DNA of 64,000 nucleotides from Psilocybe cubensis (Eukaryota): NCBI GenBank assembly GCA_017499595.2, contig CM039006.1, positions 868,001 to 932,000 of the forward strand, read 5' to 3'. Shown piece by piece: positions 1 to 12,618 of this stretch (position 1 is its first letter; each line of letters starts with the position of its first letter). The notes under the pieces were generated by a model. It saw only the letters and a program-made list of their open reading frames with translations, ran no database searches and was not told where the DNA came from. The position numbers and the translations under genes were made by a program.

Positions 1-1360
1 GTGTTGTGAAAGATATTTCCGTCCAGTACGAGAGCCAACACCACTGCTTGTAAATTCAATATCATCGGACAGAGTGTAGACTGCCTGCATAATAGACCCA
101 TATTAGTTACAAGTAATGCATAGAAAATGTAAAATACATACCGCTGTACAGCACCAGGCAATAAATCCAGGTGTTGTGCAAGTAGGACGTTTGTCGATGT
201 GCAAAAATGGACTGTCTTCGCGCATACGGCGAACCACTCCTTCCTTCAAAGCAGTTGGCCCATAAATAGTTAGCTTTCCAATCTACGGTATCATGATTTG
301 TTATCAGGAGTAGAATACGAGACATTTGGAATAAACTTACATCGAGCAAATATTGGCTTTTAAATAATCCGAGGATATTTTGTCCATCTCCATTGGCAAA
401 AAGAACCGGAGGAAATACCTCGACTGTTTCATTTTCGTATACAAGAAATGGGTCGCCAGTTTGCTGATTGCGCCTACAGGTTCCACCAAGAAGACGCTGA
501 ATTTCAGGATGCTCACTGAGATACGTAATAGGTGGATTGGCTGTGCTGATTCTAGTTGATGCTGATGATGTAGGGCGTGATGACACTGACTTCTGCGCGG
601 TTTCTGAGACCGACGAAGCGGATTTGGATTTGGATGGAGCTGATCTTGTTGCCAAAAATACTTCGGAGGGAATAGTGGGAAATACTGCAGTGGCGAGAGT
701 TCGTATCTTGTTTAGTACGGTGGATCTTATATCAGACATTGCCTTTGTGAACTGATAAACAGTAAACATTAAACTAGACATTGAGCTGAATTAGAATATC
801 TGCGAGAACATACCGTCGATATGGCTATATCCATATTCTCGCCACCCAAAATTGAATGATATTTAGAAGGAAAGTTCGCATATAACTCGGCTATATGACC
901 GAGATCGAGCTTTGACATGTCGGAGTAGCGTTTACGCGCATCGCTAGGCAGGAACGGTGGTTTGGGATGCCCAAAAAGTGTTTTAGGAATGATGGGACGA
1001 ATGAATATGGCGTGATACTTGGCCAAGTGCTGGATGTCCTTGGTAAGATTTTCTTCCGCCGAGCAGTCCGGGACGTTGGCCGAAATCTTTTTCTTCTTTA
1101 CAAGAAGCATTTTGGCGTTGGTGAGTTCTTCTTGAAGCTCTCGAATTTTAGCTTCCAGCTGACGGATGGTGATTTGTTGACTTTGAACTTGCTACAAAGC
1201 ATAAATGTTAACATTTTAGTCTGATTAAAGATGAATGTAGGTCAATACACACCTTTGAAAGCTCTTCAGTCGTTGGATGACTGAACTGAATGCCTGGAAT
1301 TGTACTTTCTCCGGCCACAGAACTAGGAACTATGGAAGAGGTTGATGATAGAGTAGACAT
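1..1360 (-). CDS. Multi-exon hypothetical protein, 3' end outside the window; probably the second gene of the Plavaka element
   Basis: ATG at 1360 (MSTLSSTSSIVP...), TATA-like GTATAAAA about 75 nt upstream, and GT-AG introns linking ORF pieces 769-1110 and 107-781. It lies just downstream of the Plavaka transposase on the same strand. Confidence 0.6.
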
Positions 1361-1896
1361 TGATGTGAAGAGATGGATTGGATAGCTTGGAATATAACAA
1401 AGTTGCCTATGTTACTGCACAGAGTTTAGGCCTTTTATACTGTTTACTGCAACAAAAAAATGAGAAGGCTAATATTAATCATTGAGTGTGAAATGCAAGG
1501 GGCGTGAGGTGTAGTGGTTGCACGCACCCAAGTTCCAAATTAAGCGCCCTAACGGTGACATAACAAGAACGTAACATTTTGCCTTGCTGTTTTCATATAA
1601 ACGTCTAAAATTAAATATTCAAAAGATTCCACACCCTAAGACGAGCAGATGATCTCTATTCAAGATTATCTCAAGCCAATGAGGGTAACATTTAAAATGA
1701 ATGCAACATGTGTATTTAATTTCGGTGATTTTTAAATTAGACACGGTTATATGTTTTATCCAACTCACCTGATGCCTTACATATGACCACAAACTTGCTT
1801 TTATAGTTATTATCAGTACACATCGAGGCTTCCTAAACTATAAATATTTGAGATTATCATATATATGAGATTATCTAGTCTAATCGATGCACTACT

Positions 1897-4800
1897 TTAA
1901 TTAAATTTTATATTTGTGCTTAACTTCGTAGATTTCAAACGCCACCAGATGTCTGGATCAATGACATCTATGACAATGAAGTCATTAGCATCATTTCCAT
2001 AGTCTGATGCTAGCAATCCACCACGTATGACGCATCTCAAATCTATGACCACTGAATTTGTTCGCCTTCGAGCCCGGATTCGTGTAAATTGTAAATCTTT
2101 GTCTCGTTTCCGTGCAAGCCTTGTCCGTTGATCAACTAGCTCGTCAAAAGGAAGAACAAGTGCCAGTGGATATGACAAGTCATTGATTTGAACCAAATAC
2201 ATGAAAAGAAGCTGGGCAAAGCAGTAACTTCCTTTGCTTGGTTCAATCAAGACATAGTCATTTCGGGGACGATGATGGAATGACTTGCTGACCCGGAGCA
2301 TGTCCCGTTGCCAAGACCAGTCAATAATTGACTTGTAGTAAACTTTGGCAAGTTGAAATGGTACAATCTAGAAACAATGGTAAATATTGACAGCATTTCT
2401 GAGTAATAAAATGAAGCTTACCGTGTGATTACCTTTCAGTCGCACTGTATGAGATATAATTTCGGCAAGTTGCATGCCTGTCTTAATACGGAATCGATTG
2501 AATGCTAAGTCATCCTGGTACTCGCTTTCCAGTGCAGAAAATGTAATGGTTTCCTGCTTGGATCCAATTTTTATGTTATTGAACACATTTGAATCTGATT
2601 TTTTGAGTTAAATTAGTACTGCTTATAATTATGATTAAATGCTTGCCTGGAACATCTTGAAGAGGTTCATCATTTTCCTCTGCCTCAAAGCCACTAATCT
2701 CATCAAATGCATCAATATCCATACGGATAATTGTCGAAATAAGATCATCTTCATTGAGTTTTAATATCTATGCATGAAATTCTAGTCAGTTCTTGAGAAA
2801 TAAGAAGAAAAAACATGCCTGAGGCGCAACATCCTTAAAGTTAGTATGAAATTTATACCACATTTTCAGCGGGCCATGTGCCTTTTCATTTGGCTTTGTA
2901 TTGGCATTTCGGGTTACTCCTTTTAGAAGAATATCGCGCATCATATGTATATGTGAATGATTTTTAGGAAAGTTCCAGTTTTTGTCCGGGTGGATAAGAA
3001 TATAATCCTGCACAAATTTCCTATGTTTAGCAAAGCTCAGAGGACTTTATACAGGAGTAAATTGGGATTTCACCTTTAGGATAGAGTCAAATATGTATAG
3101 CTGTTTCTCTAGACGATCCAGTGTTGTTGCACTATGAATAGTAAGTGAAGAATACATATCTAGCTCAACAAAGCATCTCAAAAGGCGGAGTAAGCAGTAT
3201 CCTCTTTCTGATTTATCTAGAACATTGTGTGATGCAAAGACAATGATCTTGATAAGGTGGGCTGATCAGTTATAAACCTCAATATGTATAGCAATAAATA
3301 ACCTTTGCCATATCTTCATATTTGCTTCCATCAGCGAATTCACCTGTCTTGATTACAGATGAAAAATGGTTAAGCCCACTCCATCGTGGAATGTTATCAA
3401 ATCTATTTTATAATTAAGTGTTTCTGATTATCTGAATAATCATGACACACGCACTGATCATCTACCGTTTTGGAGTCCTGTCTTGTTGTTGTAGAAGCTT
3501 CAATAATAGATTTGAACTCGATCCACAGGTGGTCAGAGAATAATCCACCGTGATATGCATGTAGTCGGTCCCATGAAAGTGCCTTATATACATCTGTTCC
3601 GTTCATCATCCAAAAAACATTCTAGAAAGCTCGCATCAGTATATAGTATGTTAGTAGTCTTGAAATATAAACTCTACCTGCACATTTCGTAGTCCATATT
3701 TTTTCAGATGCTCTTCACGGTTCTTTGCATTTAGTAATTGCCCTTCTTGGTATATTTGCTCCATTGTTTCAGCAGTGCGAAGAGGATACCTTGATGTGAG
3801 ATTGGATAGCGCATCTCTGGGTACCAAACAGATAGGGCACGGATAATTGCTAGTTGCTCCTCGTGTCAGTGCAATTACACATCTGAAGAGTTTATATAAG
3901 CGCCCATGTAATGTAGAGTCTATAATAAACCAGATTTACGCACTGTTCTTCATAGTCAGCTGAAAGGATCAATACAAAGAAGAAGATCCATCGTATGATA
4001 TTGTCAGCACATTTGGCATGGTATCCTGTCTTTGAATACTCTTGGACAGACTTGAGGATCTCATAAAATCCTTTATGCCAAACAATCCGCTTGAAATTGA
4101 TAAATATTGTTTTTCCACTTTCTCCCGAGTCCTCTTCGACCTATTCTATGAATCAGTATACAATTTTGTGATATAAGTAACCAAATGCACAATTGGGAGC
4201 CAACCAACAAGTCTACCGCCATCAAATCCGTCGCTATTTCGGTCGTTTGCTGGTATATTAGCACATCGTGCAATTACTGGATATGCCTTTGCTGTTCCAA
4301 AGCTTGACAGACGGGTTTTATCGGCATACAGAATAATGAAGAATGGAAGAGCACCCAAAGGAAGATGATTCTAGAGAAGAATGAGTATACTATCCATTTT
4401 ATGTATCAATATTTACCTGAACATTCCACCATTGGTCTGCAGTCCATGGTTCTCCGATTAACCGTTCACACTGAATATCTCCAATACCCCAGTGCCGCTC
4501 AGCATGCCACCGAAACTTAGGGAGTGCAGTAGGGCTTCTCAAGAGCTCGCTGCACCAATCAATTAGTGGTCGAACAAATACTTCATACGGAATGTCTTCT
4601 TTGCGATATGGGACTATAAACTCTTCTTTTATAAACTGCATGCCATAATGTAAGCTATCATATTACTCTCGAACTGTGTAAACATTTACTCACCCCACTA
4701 GACCGATAACTTCGTGCTAATTCCCATGTTTGATCCAGCTCAGTCGCACTGTGAATTGTGAAAAGTTCAGGATTGGCAATGCATTGTTTGATGAGGGAAA

Positions 4801-5481
4801 GTAAAGTAGTTTTTTGCCCTCTATTCATATGTGAATTAAGCGCCAGCTCAGCTATCTCGAAGTCAAGACGTGTTGTGAACGGATGCCATGGATTCTCGTG
4901 TGTGGGCTTTTGTGAGTTTGAATTATTTTGAGTAGACAGTGGATCATACTCAGATATGGGAATAGTTTTTGCTGGCTTTTCGGACCTTGGATGGAATTGA
5001 ATCCGAACTTGTTCTATTGGCGAATCAAGGGGCGGTTTGGACATTGCATCCAGTAGCTGAAGCAGTGATGCATGACGTTCAGAAGCTCCAGTGTCCTGCT
5101 CCACTGGATCCACGTCTGACAAGATCGATTCATTTGTTGTATGATTTTCAGAAGCATCCGCCGTTGATGTTTTGGAAGATTCAGAGCCAGATGCAACATT
5201 TGCAGTTTGATTGACTGCAGATATGTCGGATGTATGACTATTACCAGCAACAGATTCATCTATTAGTCAGGTATAAGCGCTCACATTACGGTATTGGTAA
5301 ACTATAGGTTAGACTTGCCTGGATTGTAAATTCTTTGAGCCAAACTTGTGAACTGGGTTCGTGCATTGATTGTTGGTGCCCGTTTACTACAGGCCTGGAA
5401 ATGACGATTGAATCCCATTGTATTGAAGTCCCGATTGCATATAGGGCATGGTACCATTTGAGCAGACCGACGGTTTGACAT
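1897..5481 (-). CDS. Plavaka-family transposase (multi-exon) with N-terminal C2H2-type finger
   Basis: Spliced ORF pieces carry motifs typical of Plavaka transposases: CPICNRDFNTMGFNRHFQAC, PWHPFTTRLDFEIAE, EPWTADQWW, FIILYADKTRLSSFG..KAYPVIARCAN, LILSADYEEQ, PCPICLVP, ALSWDRLH, WNFPKNH and NTKPNEKAH. Confidence 0.85.
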
Positions 5482-6814
5482 GTAGAGAATGATAATGGAG
5501 GCACTGTTTGGGAAATTGTAAATGGGAAGGCTTTTGGTGATTTTAACTTCTGAGTTTGTACGTATCTTTATACTCTTCTGGTCACGGTAGAATCCTTGTT
5601 CTGTCGCATCTGTATCAACCAATCAGTTTAGAAACTGTACTACCGTCAAATTCAATGCTCTACATGTCAGTTTACCCGGTGTTCTTCTATCTTGATATAT
5701 GTGATTCACCACAAATCAAAGATATAATATCATGATGGTAGGCAGTTTAAAGCCTAGACGGACATATTTGCACACACATGCCTTAATATAGCCGTGAATT
5801 TTTGACTTGTTTAGGGTTGAAAAGCACAGGTAGCGCACCCAATATTGAATTCTTATCACACGCTCAGCTCTAAGGCTGTTCACATTGACACAGTGCTACT
5901 AGTAGCACATAGTACATTACCTACACGTAGTTGTGTCTTTCATGTTTGGACTCAATCCCACAGATAAGCAATAACAGTTATACGCCCTTACTCTTTCTAC
6001 TAGTGATGGGGGGGGGGGGTATGCACTACGAATTTCGCGTGCGCACAAGTCCGCATTCCCACGATTTGCCGCACACGGCATCGGCCGGGGTTTGCCTTTA
6101 CCTACAAACTTGACATCTACAATCTCCCCCCGCCCCTCGCCATCCAGACCATCATAATATTGAGTTCCACCACATTTCTAAATCCAAAGATTCACTGTCT
6201 TGGTGTTTGCGACCCGCCCCGTTTCGCCCTCATGGAGTAGTCGACACCTTTCCCACATTCTGACTCATTCCCACGCCTAGGAGGTCGCAATCGACTTGGA
6301 TAAATTTTGGCAAGTTGGAATGTTTTTGCCCTCCCGTTTGCTGATAGCATTCTATTTCACCTGTACTATTCAAGTAGTTCCTAGGGTACCACTATACTAA
6401 GTACTTTACAGTAGAGGATTTCCGAGTACTATACTACACCCACACTCAAAGTTTACCAACATTATTTGATTGTTTCCAGCATCGTTTAATTGTTCCCAAT
6501 TGTACTTATAGTATAGTATAGCGCCTCTGTCATATTTGTTTGCTGACAGTGTACACTCCGCAACTTCATAATGATTGCCTATACCAGTAATTCTGGTTAT
6601 AAGTCTCTCAGGTGAAGTCAACTCGCCAATCGACTTGCCTTTAAAGGCAGTTTGTCCTTGTTTGGCTCCTCTGCCCATTCTTGTAAGATGATGGCCGAGC
6701 ATTACAAGACGGCCGAGAAGCCTTACAAGACCTAATTAGGCCTAACCAAGGCACTAGCCGTTACAAGGCAATCCCGAAATTTCCGACATTTAATACAGTA
6801 TGATCAGATCAGAT

Positions 6815-7099
6815 TTATTCGCAGATTGGAAACGTGCGGGGATGGCATCCGCAGGGACCTGGGGCATCATTTTTTGCAGCTCAGGAATGGTTAATATCAT
6901 AAAGATAAATATGCGTACAAATTGGTTCTGGATTTACCATGAAACAAAAACTATTAGAAAAACAATTTATCCACATATAGATACTTGAATAAAGCTTACC
7001 TGTAGGTTCGGGGGCAGGGATTGGGTTTGCAATGACTGTAGTCAATATCATTGCGGCAACGACGGCATGAAGAGCAACTGAGAGTTGTGGGAGCTGCAT
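6815..7099 (-). CDS. 50-aa secreted Cys-rich peptide precursor A: MQLPQLSVALHAVVAAMILTTVIA-NPIPAPEP-TEPICPCGCHPRTFPICE
   Basis: Exons 7099-7000, 6927-6919 (9-nt micro-exon) and 6858-6815. Introns are GTAAGC..CAG (72 nt) and GTACGC..CAG (60 nt). Signal peptide present; same structure as the paralog at 9152. Confidence 0.8.
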
Positions 7100-8268
7100 T
7101 GTTCCTATGGTTTGAGCAAGGAAACTTTGTGGTAGGTCATCTCTACTGGGCTCATTTATATCTTAAACGACGTAGTAAATTTAACTGAGCAAGGAGAACC
7201 GCAATACCCGCACTTTTTATGGGGGAAAAGCACGGTTTCAGTATGATTTCCGGAGTACATATTCATCTCGTATATTGAATGATTGAATCCCACATATATT
7301 TAGCTTGGGTGATCACACTGCTATGAATCAAGTACACTCCATGTATATATAGATCTAGTTCGGAGTGTTTTTGATGATTTATCAAAGAAATATAGTTTAG
7401 GTGTGCATTCCAAACTATATTCCTCTGCATCGTTGAAAACGACACGCAGACAAACAAAGATTCAATAATCTAAATAATGTTAGTTTGAGGATGCAGATAA
7501 GCGCCAGCAATACCAGTTCTTTACTGCTTCATTCTTCTACTTTTTACAACTATCCCAATGTAAACACTAGTTTATTCTGGATCTACCTTTCTGCGTAAAA
7601 GAAGCCTGGATATATATGAACCAGTTTGCACATTGAGATACAATTCTCCGGCCCCTATCTTCCACTAGGCTACATATCCAAAGCACGTTCTTTCTAAAAT
7701 TGTTATCTATGCACAATCCGGCAACCAAATTATATGGCGGTGAATTTCCTTGTTTAATTAAACTTACCTACAACGTCAAGCTCATGCCTAGTCTCTCCTA
7801 GACAGACTTCGATATGGTGTGAGCTCATGCCATGGGCATGTCAATTGCTTCAATCCCTACTTTTAAACTCAATAACGGAGTATTAGGCACGTACATAGCT
7901 CAAAGCCAAGGGAGGGGCCTACCCCTCAGAGGCTATAACATAAAATACAAAAAAATACAAAAAACTTAAGAACAGAAGCCCAAAACACCCTATACTGTTA
8001 TTACAGAGCACACAGCAACAGTATCGAGTTGCATATGACTACCAGGCACAAAGCCTAAGTCTAAGCAAGACTCTCATCGAATGATAAACTGAAGTTATCA
8101 ACCGTGTCTACGAGTTACATAATGCATTCTAGTTCTCATTTTTTGTCTCTTTTGTGAACGTTTAATTTGCCATCATGATGAAATATTTGGTTAGATCATA
8201 TTCCTCCCAGTTCCTCATTCATTATTTGTCACGCATCAAAGTATGATTCAATCACAAAAAGCATTCGA

Positions 8269-8540
8269 TTAAAGCGATTGGCAACTTCCAGTAGGGTGGT
8301 CGCCGTATGTGCAAGAATTCATTATAACACCTAGTGCATCGGCTCAGCTTATGGATGGTCAGCTATATACAGAATATGCATAAAAGGTACTACTACGAAA
8401 CAAAAGAAAACAATTCATCCACATCTAGTATAAAGCTTACTTCCAACTTCGGCGGCAGGGATCGGGTTTGCCAAAGCTGTAGTCATCATCATTGCAGCAA
8501 ATGCGATGTGAAGAGTAACTGAGAGTTTGGGGAACTGCAT
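8269..8540 (-). CDS. Diverged paralog B of the secreted peptide family (altered splicing or pseudogene)
   Basis: Exon 1 (8540-8441) encodes MQFPKLSVTLHIAFAAMMMTTALANPIPAAEVG followed by a GTAAGC donor. The homologous micro-exon donor reads TTATGC rather than GTAYGC. The last exon (8330-8269) reads xVIMNSCTYGDHPTGSCQSL*. Confidence 0.55.
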
Positions 8541-9151
8541 TGTTCCTTTGGTTTGAGCAGAGAAACGTTGTGGTGGGTCTTTTTGAGTGGGCTGATTTAT
8601 ACCTTATACGACGTAGGCAACCGCCATACCCACCATTGTTCTAGGAAGGCTGTGTACAAATTTGATTTCCTGTAGATTACATGTTTAGCCCGTAGATGAT
8701 ATATAATCTCCCATGTATTTTTACCATGAGAAAGGTTACACGCATGGCGCCCATTCGCATCTGTAAAGTAAAACTGCATCAGCTGCACGGTTTGTGCCTC
8801 TAACTCTGACTTTCGGCGGTGATGTCTCTGTAGTGCTTTGCAATCTATATTTTTCTGCAAAACATTGAAAAACCCGAGCAGATGCAAACACAAGAGTAAA
8901 GTAAAAATCCATTTATTTTATGGATACGAGTAAGCGCCAGCAGTGCTAATGCGATTGATTAATTGGGAGTGAATATGTAATGAGAAGAAAGTTGTACATA
9001 TGAAATAGATTTGCAACGGACAGCCATTTAGATTCCGAGCTAATGGCGGAGAATCTCCTTTTACAATTAAATTTATTTGCTTCGTCAAAGGTATATAATG
9101 TGCTCAATTGAGGTGACCTACGTTAAAGCATCCTTACTTTGTCCAAGCACA

Positions 9152-9409
9152 ATGCAGCTCCTCAAACTCTCAGTTGCTCTTCATGCGGTAGTTGTTGCTA
9201 TGATGTTAGTTGCCGCCATGGCCAATCCAATTCCCGAAGCTGAACGTAAGTTTTGCACAAGACTAGCTTTGATGATGTCTGATTTTCTTTTTCATAGCCG
9301 TTTGTACGTTTATTTGTTTAAATGAGTAGGCAAGTTTTCAACTGAAAATGCGTTAGGCTGGGATTGCGGATGCCCAGAACCCGGCCTGGGCGAGGTTTCC
9401 TGTGAATAG
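9152..9409 (+). CDS. 50-aa secreted Cys-rich peptide precursor C: MQLLKLSVALHAVVVAMMLVAAMA-NPIPEAEP-VCWDCGCPEPGLGEVSCE
   Basis: Exons 9152-9245, 9298-9303 (6-nt micro-exon) and 9357-9409. Introns are GTAAGT..TAG (52 nt) and GTACGT..TAG (53 nt). TATA at about 9092. Confidence 0.8.
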
Positions 9410-10169
9410 CTTTAATGTGATCGAACGCTACTTCTATGCACAAGAACCACCAAACACAGAAGTGGGACAGATAGTATATAATGATCAAGAGTGCAGAGAA
9501 AATATTCATAAATATAACACAAATTCGAATAGGGACACGCTATTAATGTAGTAAGCCATATACACAGTCGTTAAAACTTCAACCTGAGTGTATCATAAAG
9601 AGGGTCTTGTCAAGACTTGTACTGTCTTCCAAGCATGACGAAGCTATAAGTAAATATCATAATGTAGTGTACATTGTCTGCAATATTGCTCTAGCTAACC
9701 CTATGTTGATTTTAACGTACAAATGACCATACTCCCGATTAGATGTCCAATTTAGGTTAATGGTTGTCTGTAAATGGCAGCGAATGCGATCTAATATTCT
9801 TTGACCGGCCAGCATAAATAATTTCAGTCACAAATTCAGAAACCCCGATCCAATAGCCACTCGTGGGGCATTCAAATTGACGAGAAACGGAGGAAGAATT
9901 TGCAATTTTGGGACAAAATCCGGGCACGCTATTGGGAGATCTTCCAATCATTAGATGTGAACATTCCACACACTAAGAATTCATAACGTAGTCGGGGATT
10001 TCTTGTACTCAAGTTTTCCATTATCGATTTATGTATTTATTTCCTCTGCCGCCGTGGTACATGTAAGTAAATACTCTTCATATTCCATATCTGGGAAAGA
10101 CACAAGCTTCCATTGCTTCCCAACACAGAAATGCTACGGCAGCAGTCGGATAGACACCAAAATCCTTTC

Positions 10170-10708
10170 CTACAAGTTGATGTTGACAGGCGTGCAGCCA
10201 AGTGCGACCAACCCATCTAAACGAGAAGCGCCGGGATTGTTTCAGTGATTCAGTCATGTGCCATCGTGGGATTGAACACTTACGGAACGAGTTGTTGGTG
10301 CAGCAGACGGGTTGCGCGGTGCTGTAGAGAGTTGATTAAACTCAGACCCCATAAGTGCATTGAAAAACACAATTTACCAAGAGTTGCCTCCAATGCCAAT
10401 GATAGAGAGGGGGCTGCAATTGAGGCCAACGAGTGCAGTAACGTCCTGGAGGACGATGCCCAAAAGTCCCAAAATAGACGACACAGCGTCGCTATCACCA
10501 GCCTGAACGCTGTTGCCTGTAAATCACAATGAACTAAGTCAGAGATTCCTTTGTGCCAGATACGGAGACACTTACAGCACTGGAGATCCCCAGTGTTGCA
10601 TTGGCTTGCTGGGATTGTCGAGCTGCCACCTCCGCCACGGCGAACGGGGGTGACTGTGGCAGCAGCAAGGGTAGCAAAGGCAAGAGCAGAGACGAGCTTG
10701 AATTGCAT
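10170..10708 (-). CDS. Class I hydrophobin
   Basis: Signal peptide, then the 8-Cys pattern across three introns: QCNTGDLQCC / NSVQ..[32 protein letters not shown] / QPVCCTNNSF / GCTPVNINL*. TATA at about 10778. Confidence 0.95.
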
Positions 10709-12618
10709 GTTGGAGAAGTTGCTTAGGATTTACTGAACAATGTTCGAGTGAAGAAACCTCGTCGAATTTGCATGGCTTTTATACCTGAAGAGTAGGTCCA
10801 GTAAGTTCAGGGACACTTTCTTCCCGGAGAAGAGAAAATGCAAGGTGGAGTTGTGGTCTGTCCAAGTGGAGTGCTCGTATAACCTGGGGGACCGTGAGAC
10901 TACCAATAAGGGGACATTGAGCTAGGATTTATCTGCCAAGAAATACCGCTGTGCCCTGGATGGTCAACTGTTAGAAGTTCGTGGACGCCTGAAAAGCTTG
11001 AATTTTAAACACTGCTGTTTGGATAAAGTATTTCCACAGTTACAAGGTCGTTCACCTATACATCTCGATTTATTTCCACACCAATTTCTACAACTTGAAT
11101 AGGAGCAAACTAATGATTCTTTAATGAACGAACCGTCCTCAGAAACGTTACAGGTACATATTCACAACTACATCATTATGACCAGACTATGACGATTTCT
11201 GCGTCATTGCATGCTAATGGCTGCATTCCCGGCGGGCACACAGCGGAAGTAGAGACAAAGACGCTTAAAATCAAAATCAAACCTGCATGGAAATCACTGA
11301 TTTCGGAGATTCAACGACGAGTGCGACGACAGGTTGTGAGAATTTTCGACGTTATTGTCCTCACTTGACCGGGGCATTCACGACAGGGGCGCATAGTCCT
11401 GTATTTCATGGTCATGAGATCGTATAGTATGCCTTTCTGTTTTGCTCAGTGACATCTTTACTCCAGGTCACTAGCTGAAATGACGGGCGCCTAATACACC
11501 GGCTTACGAAGACTTGTGTCCCAAGGACATTTCGGAGGTTCAGAAATCAATGTGAATAAATAAAGTCAGCATCAGAGTCGTACATTGCCATACGATGATC
11601 TTGCAATATCGACAATAACGGTTCTTTACGTTATATACAATAAAAAAGGGGGGTTTACTATCAAAATAAAAAAATTAACAGAACGAGACAGCGAATCGAT
11701 GAATGAATCAAGTGTACTGAGTGTACGAGTGGATGATGGAGGAGTCCGAGATGAAACAAAAAGGAATATAAGGGGAAATAATGATCACAAAATGGTGATG
11801 GACAAAACACGGAACAATAGTGTCGGGGATGATTGCAGAGTACGCGGTGAGATGATGAACAAGTAGCAACAAGTAAAAGCGATGGTATAGGAGAGGGGAT
11901 GAGAGATAGCAAGAAAGCGAGAGGGAGAATAAGATGTCTGAATGTACATCGACGGGAGGGATAAGATATTTCTACGTAGACCACATCGTCTGGCGGGAGC
12001 TGGGGTGATGAAGGATAAGAATGCAAGAAGTGGAGGACAAGAAGTATTAGTACAAAGGTATTCGCAAGATAATCTACAAAATTGACGACGCGAGAGAGAA
12101 GATATTGAGCTAGAGTTATGTTAGTAATATATTGGGAAATCACGCGAAGGGCTTTTGGGTGGTTGGCATGCGTGTTTTGATATCTTGAGGCGAGTTCGAG
12201 TTGGTTGATAGAGAAATAAAAAGAATGAGAGGCGAACCAGAAAAGTGATTTGAGGCATGTTGAGACAAAAGTTGATTGCGGGTGCTGATCGTTGCAGATG
12301 AAGCTTGAAGCTTGAAGGATGAAGTCGGGCTCTTGATTGAGTTGCAAAAAGTAGAAGCTTAGCGAAGTTGAAAGGTGTAAATAAATGGCTTTGATGAAAC
12401 TTGACACGGAACTCGTAAATTCAAATTGGAGGTTGACGCTGAAGGTTGAGCTTGAGCTTGAGCTTGAAGCTTGAACGTTGATGTCTTGATTGTTGGAGGT
12501 GGCGTTTTGAAGATCACACATCACGCAGACACAGCCAGCTGATGCTGGGTTCACACAAGACACTCGCACATCTCCTGGACGCACAAGGTCGATATCCACT
12601 GTCATGTGCGTGGTGGGA

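Larger units (their letters stand above)
1..5895 (-). mobile_element. Plavaka-type DNA transposon, partial (other end outside the window)
   Basis: Transposase plus a co-oriented second gene. The minus strand from 5895 reads CACTGTGTCAATG, a CACTA/CACTG-like terminus. The boundary is inferred because the partner TIR is not in the window. Confidence 0.5.

Noticed and set aside
6000-6780. G-run, repeated CAATCGACTTG and TTACAAG motifs, and a 98-aa ORF
   Set aside because: Possibly a transposon relic, but no TIR/TSD pair or protein motif could be established.
6815-9409. Peptides as MSDIN/amatoxin or mating-pheromone precursors
   Set aside because: No MSDIN leader and no C-terminal CAAX box; they have classical signal peptides.
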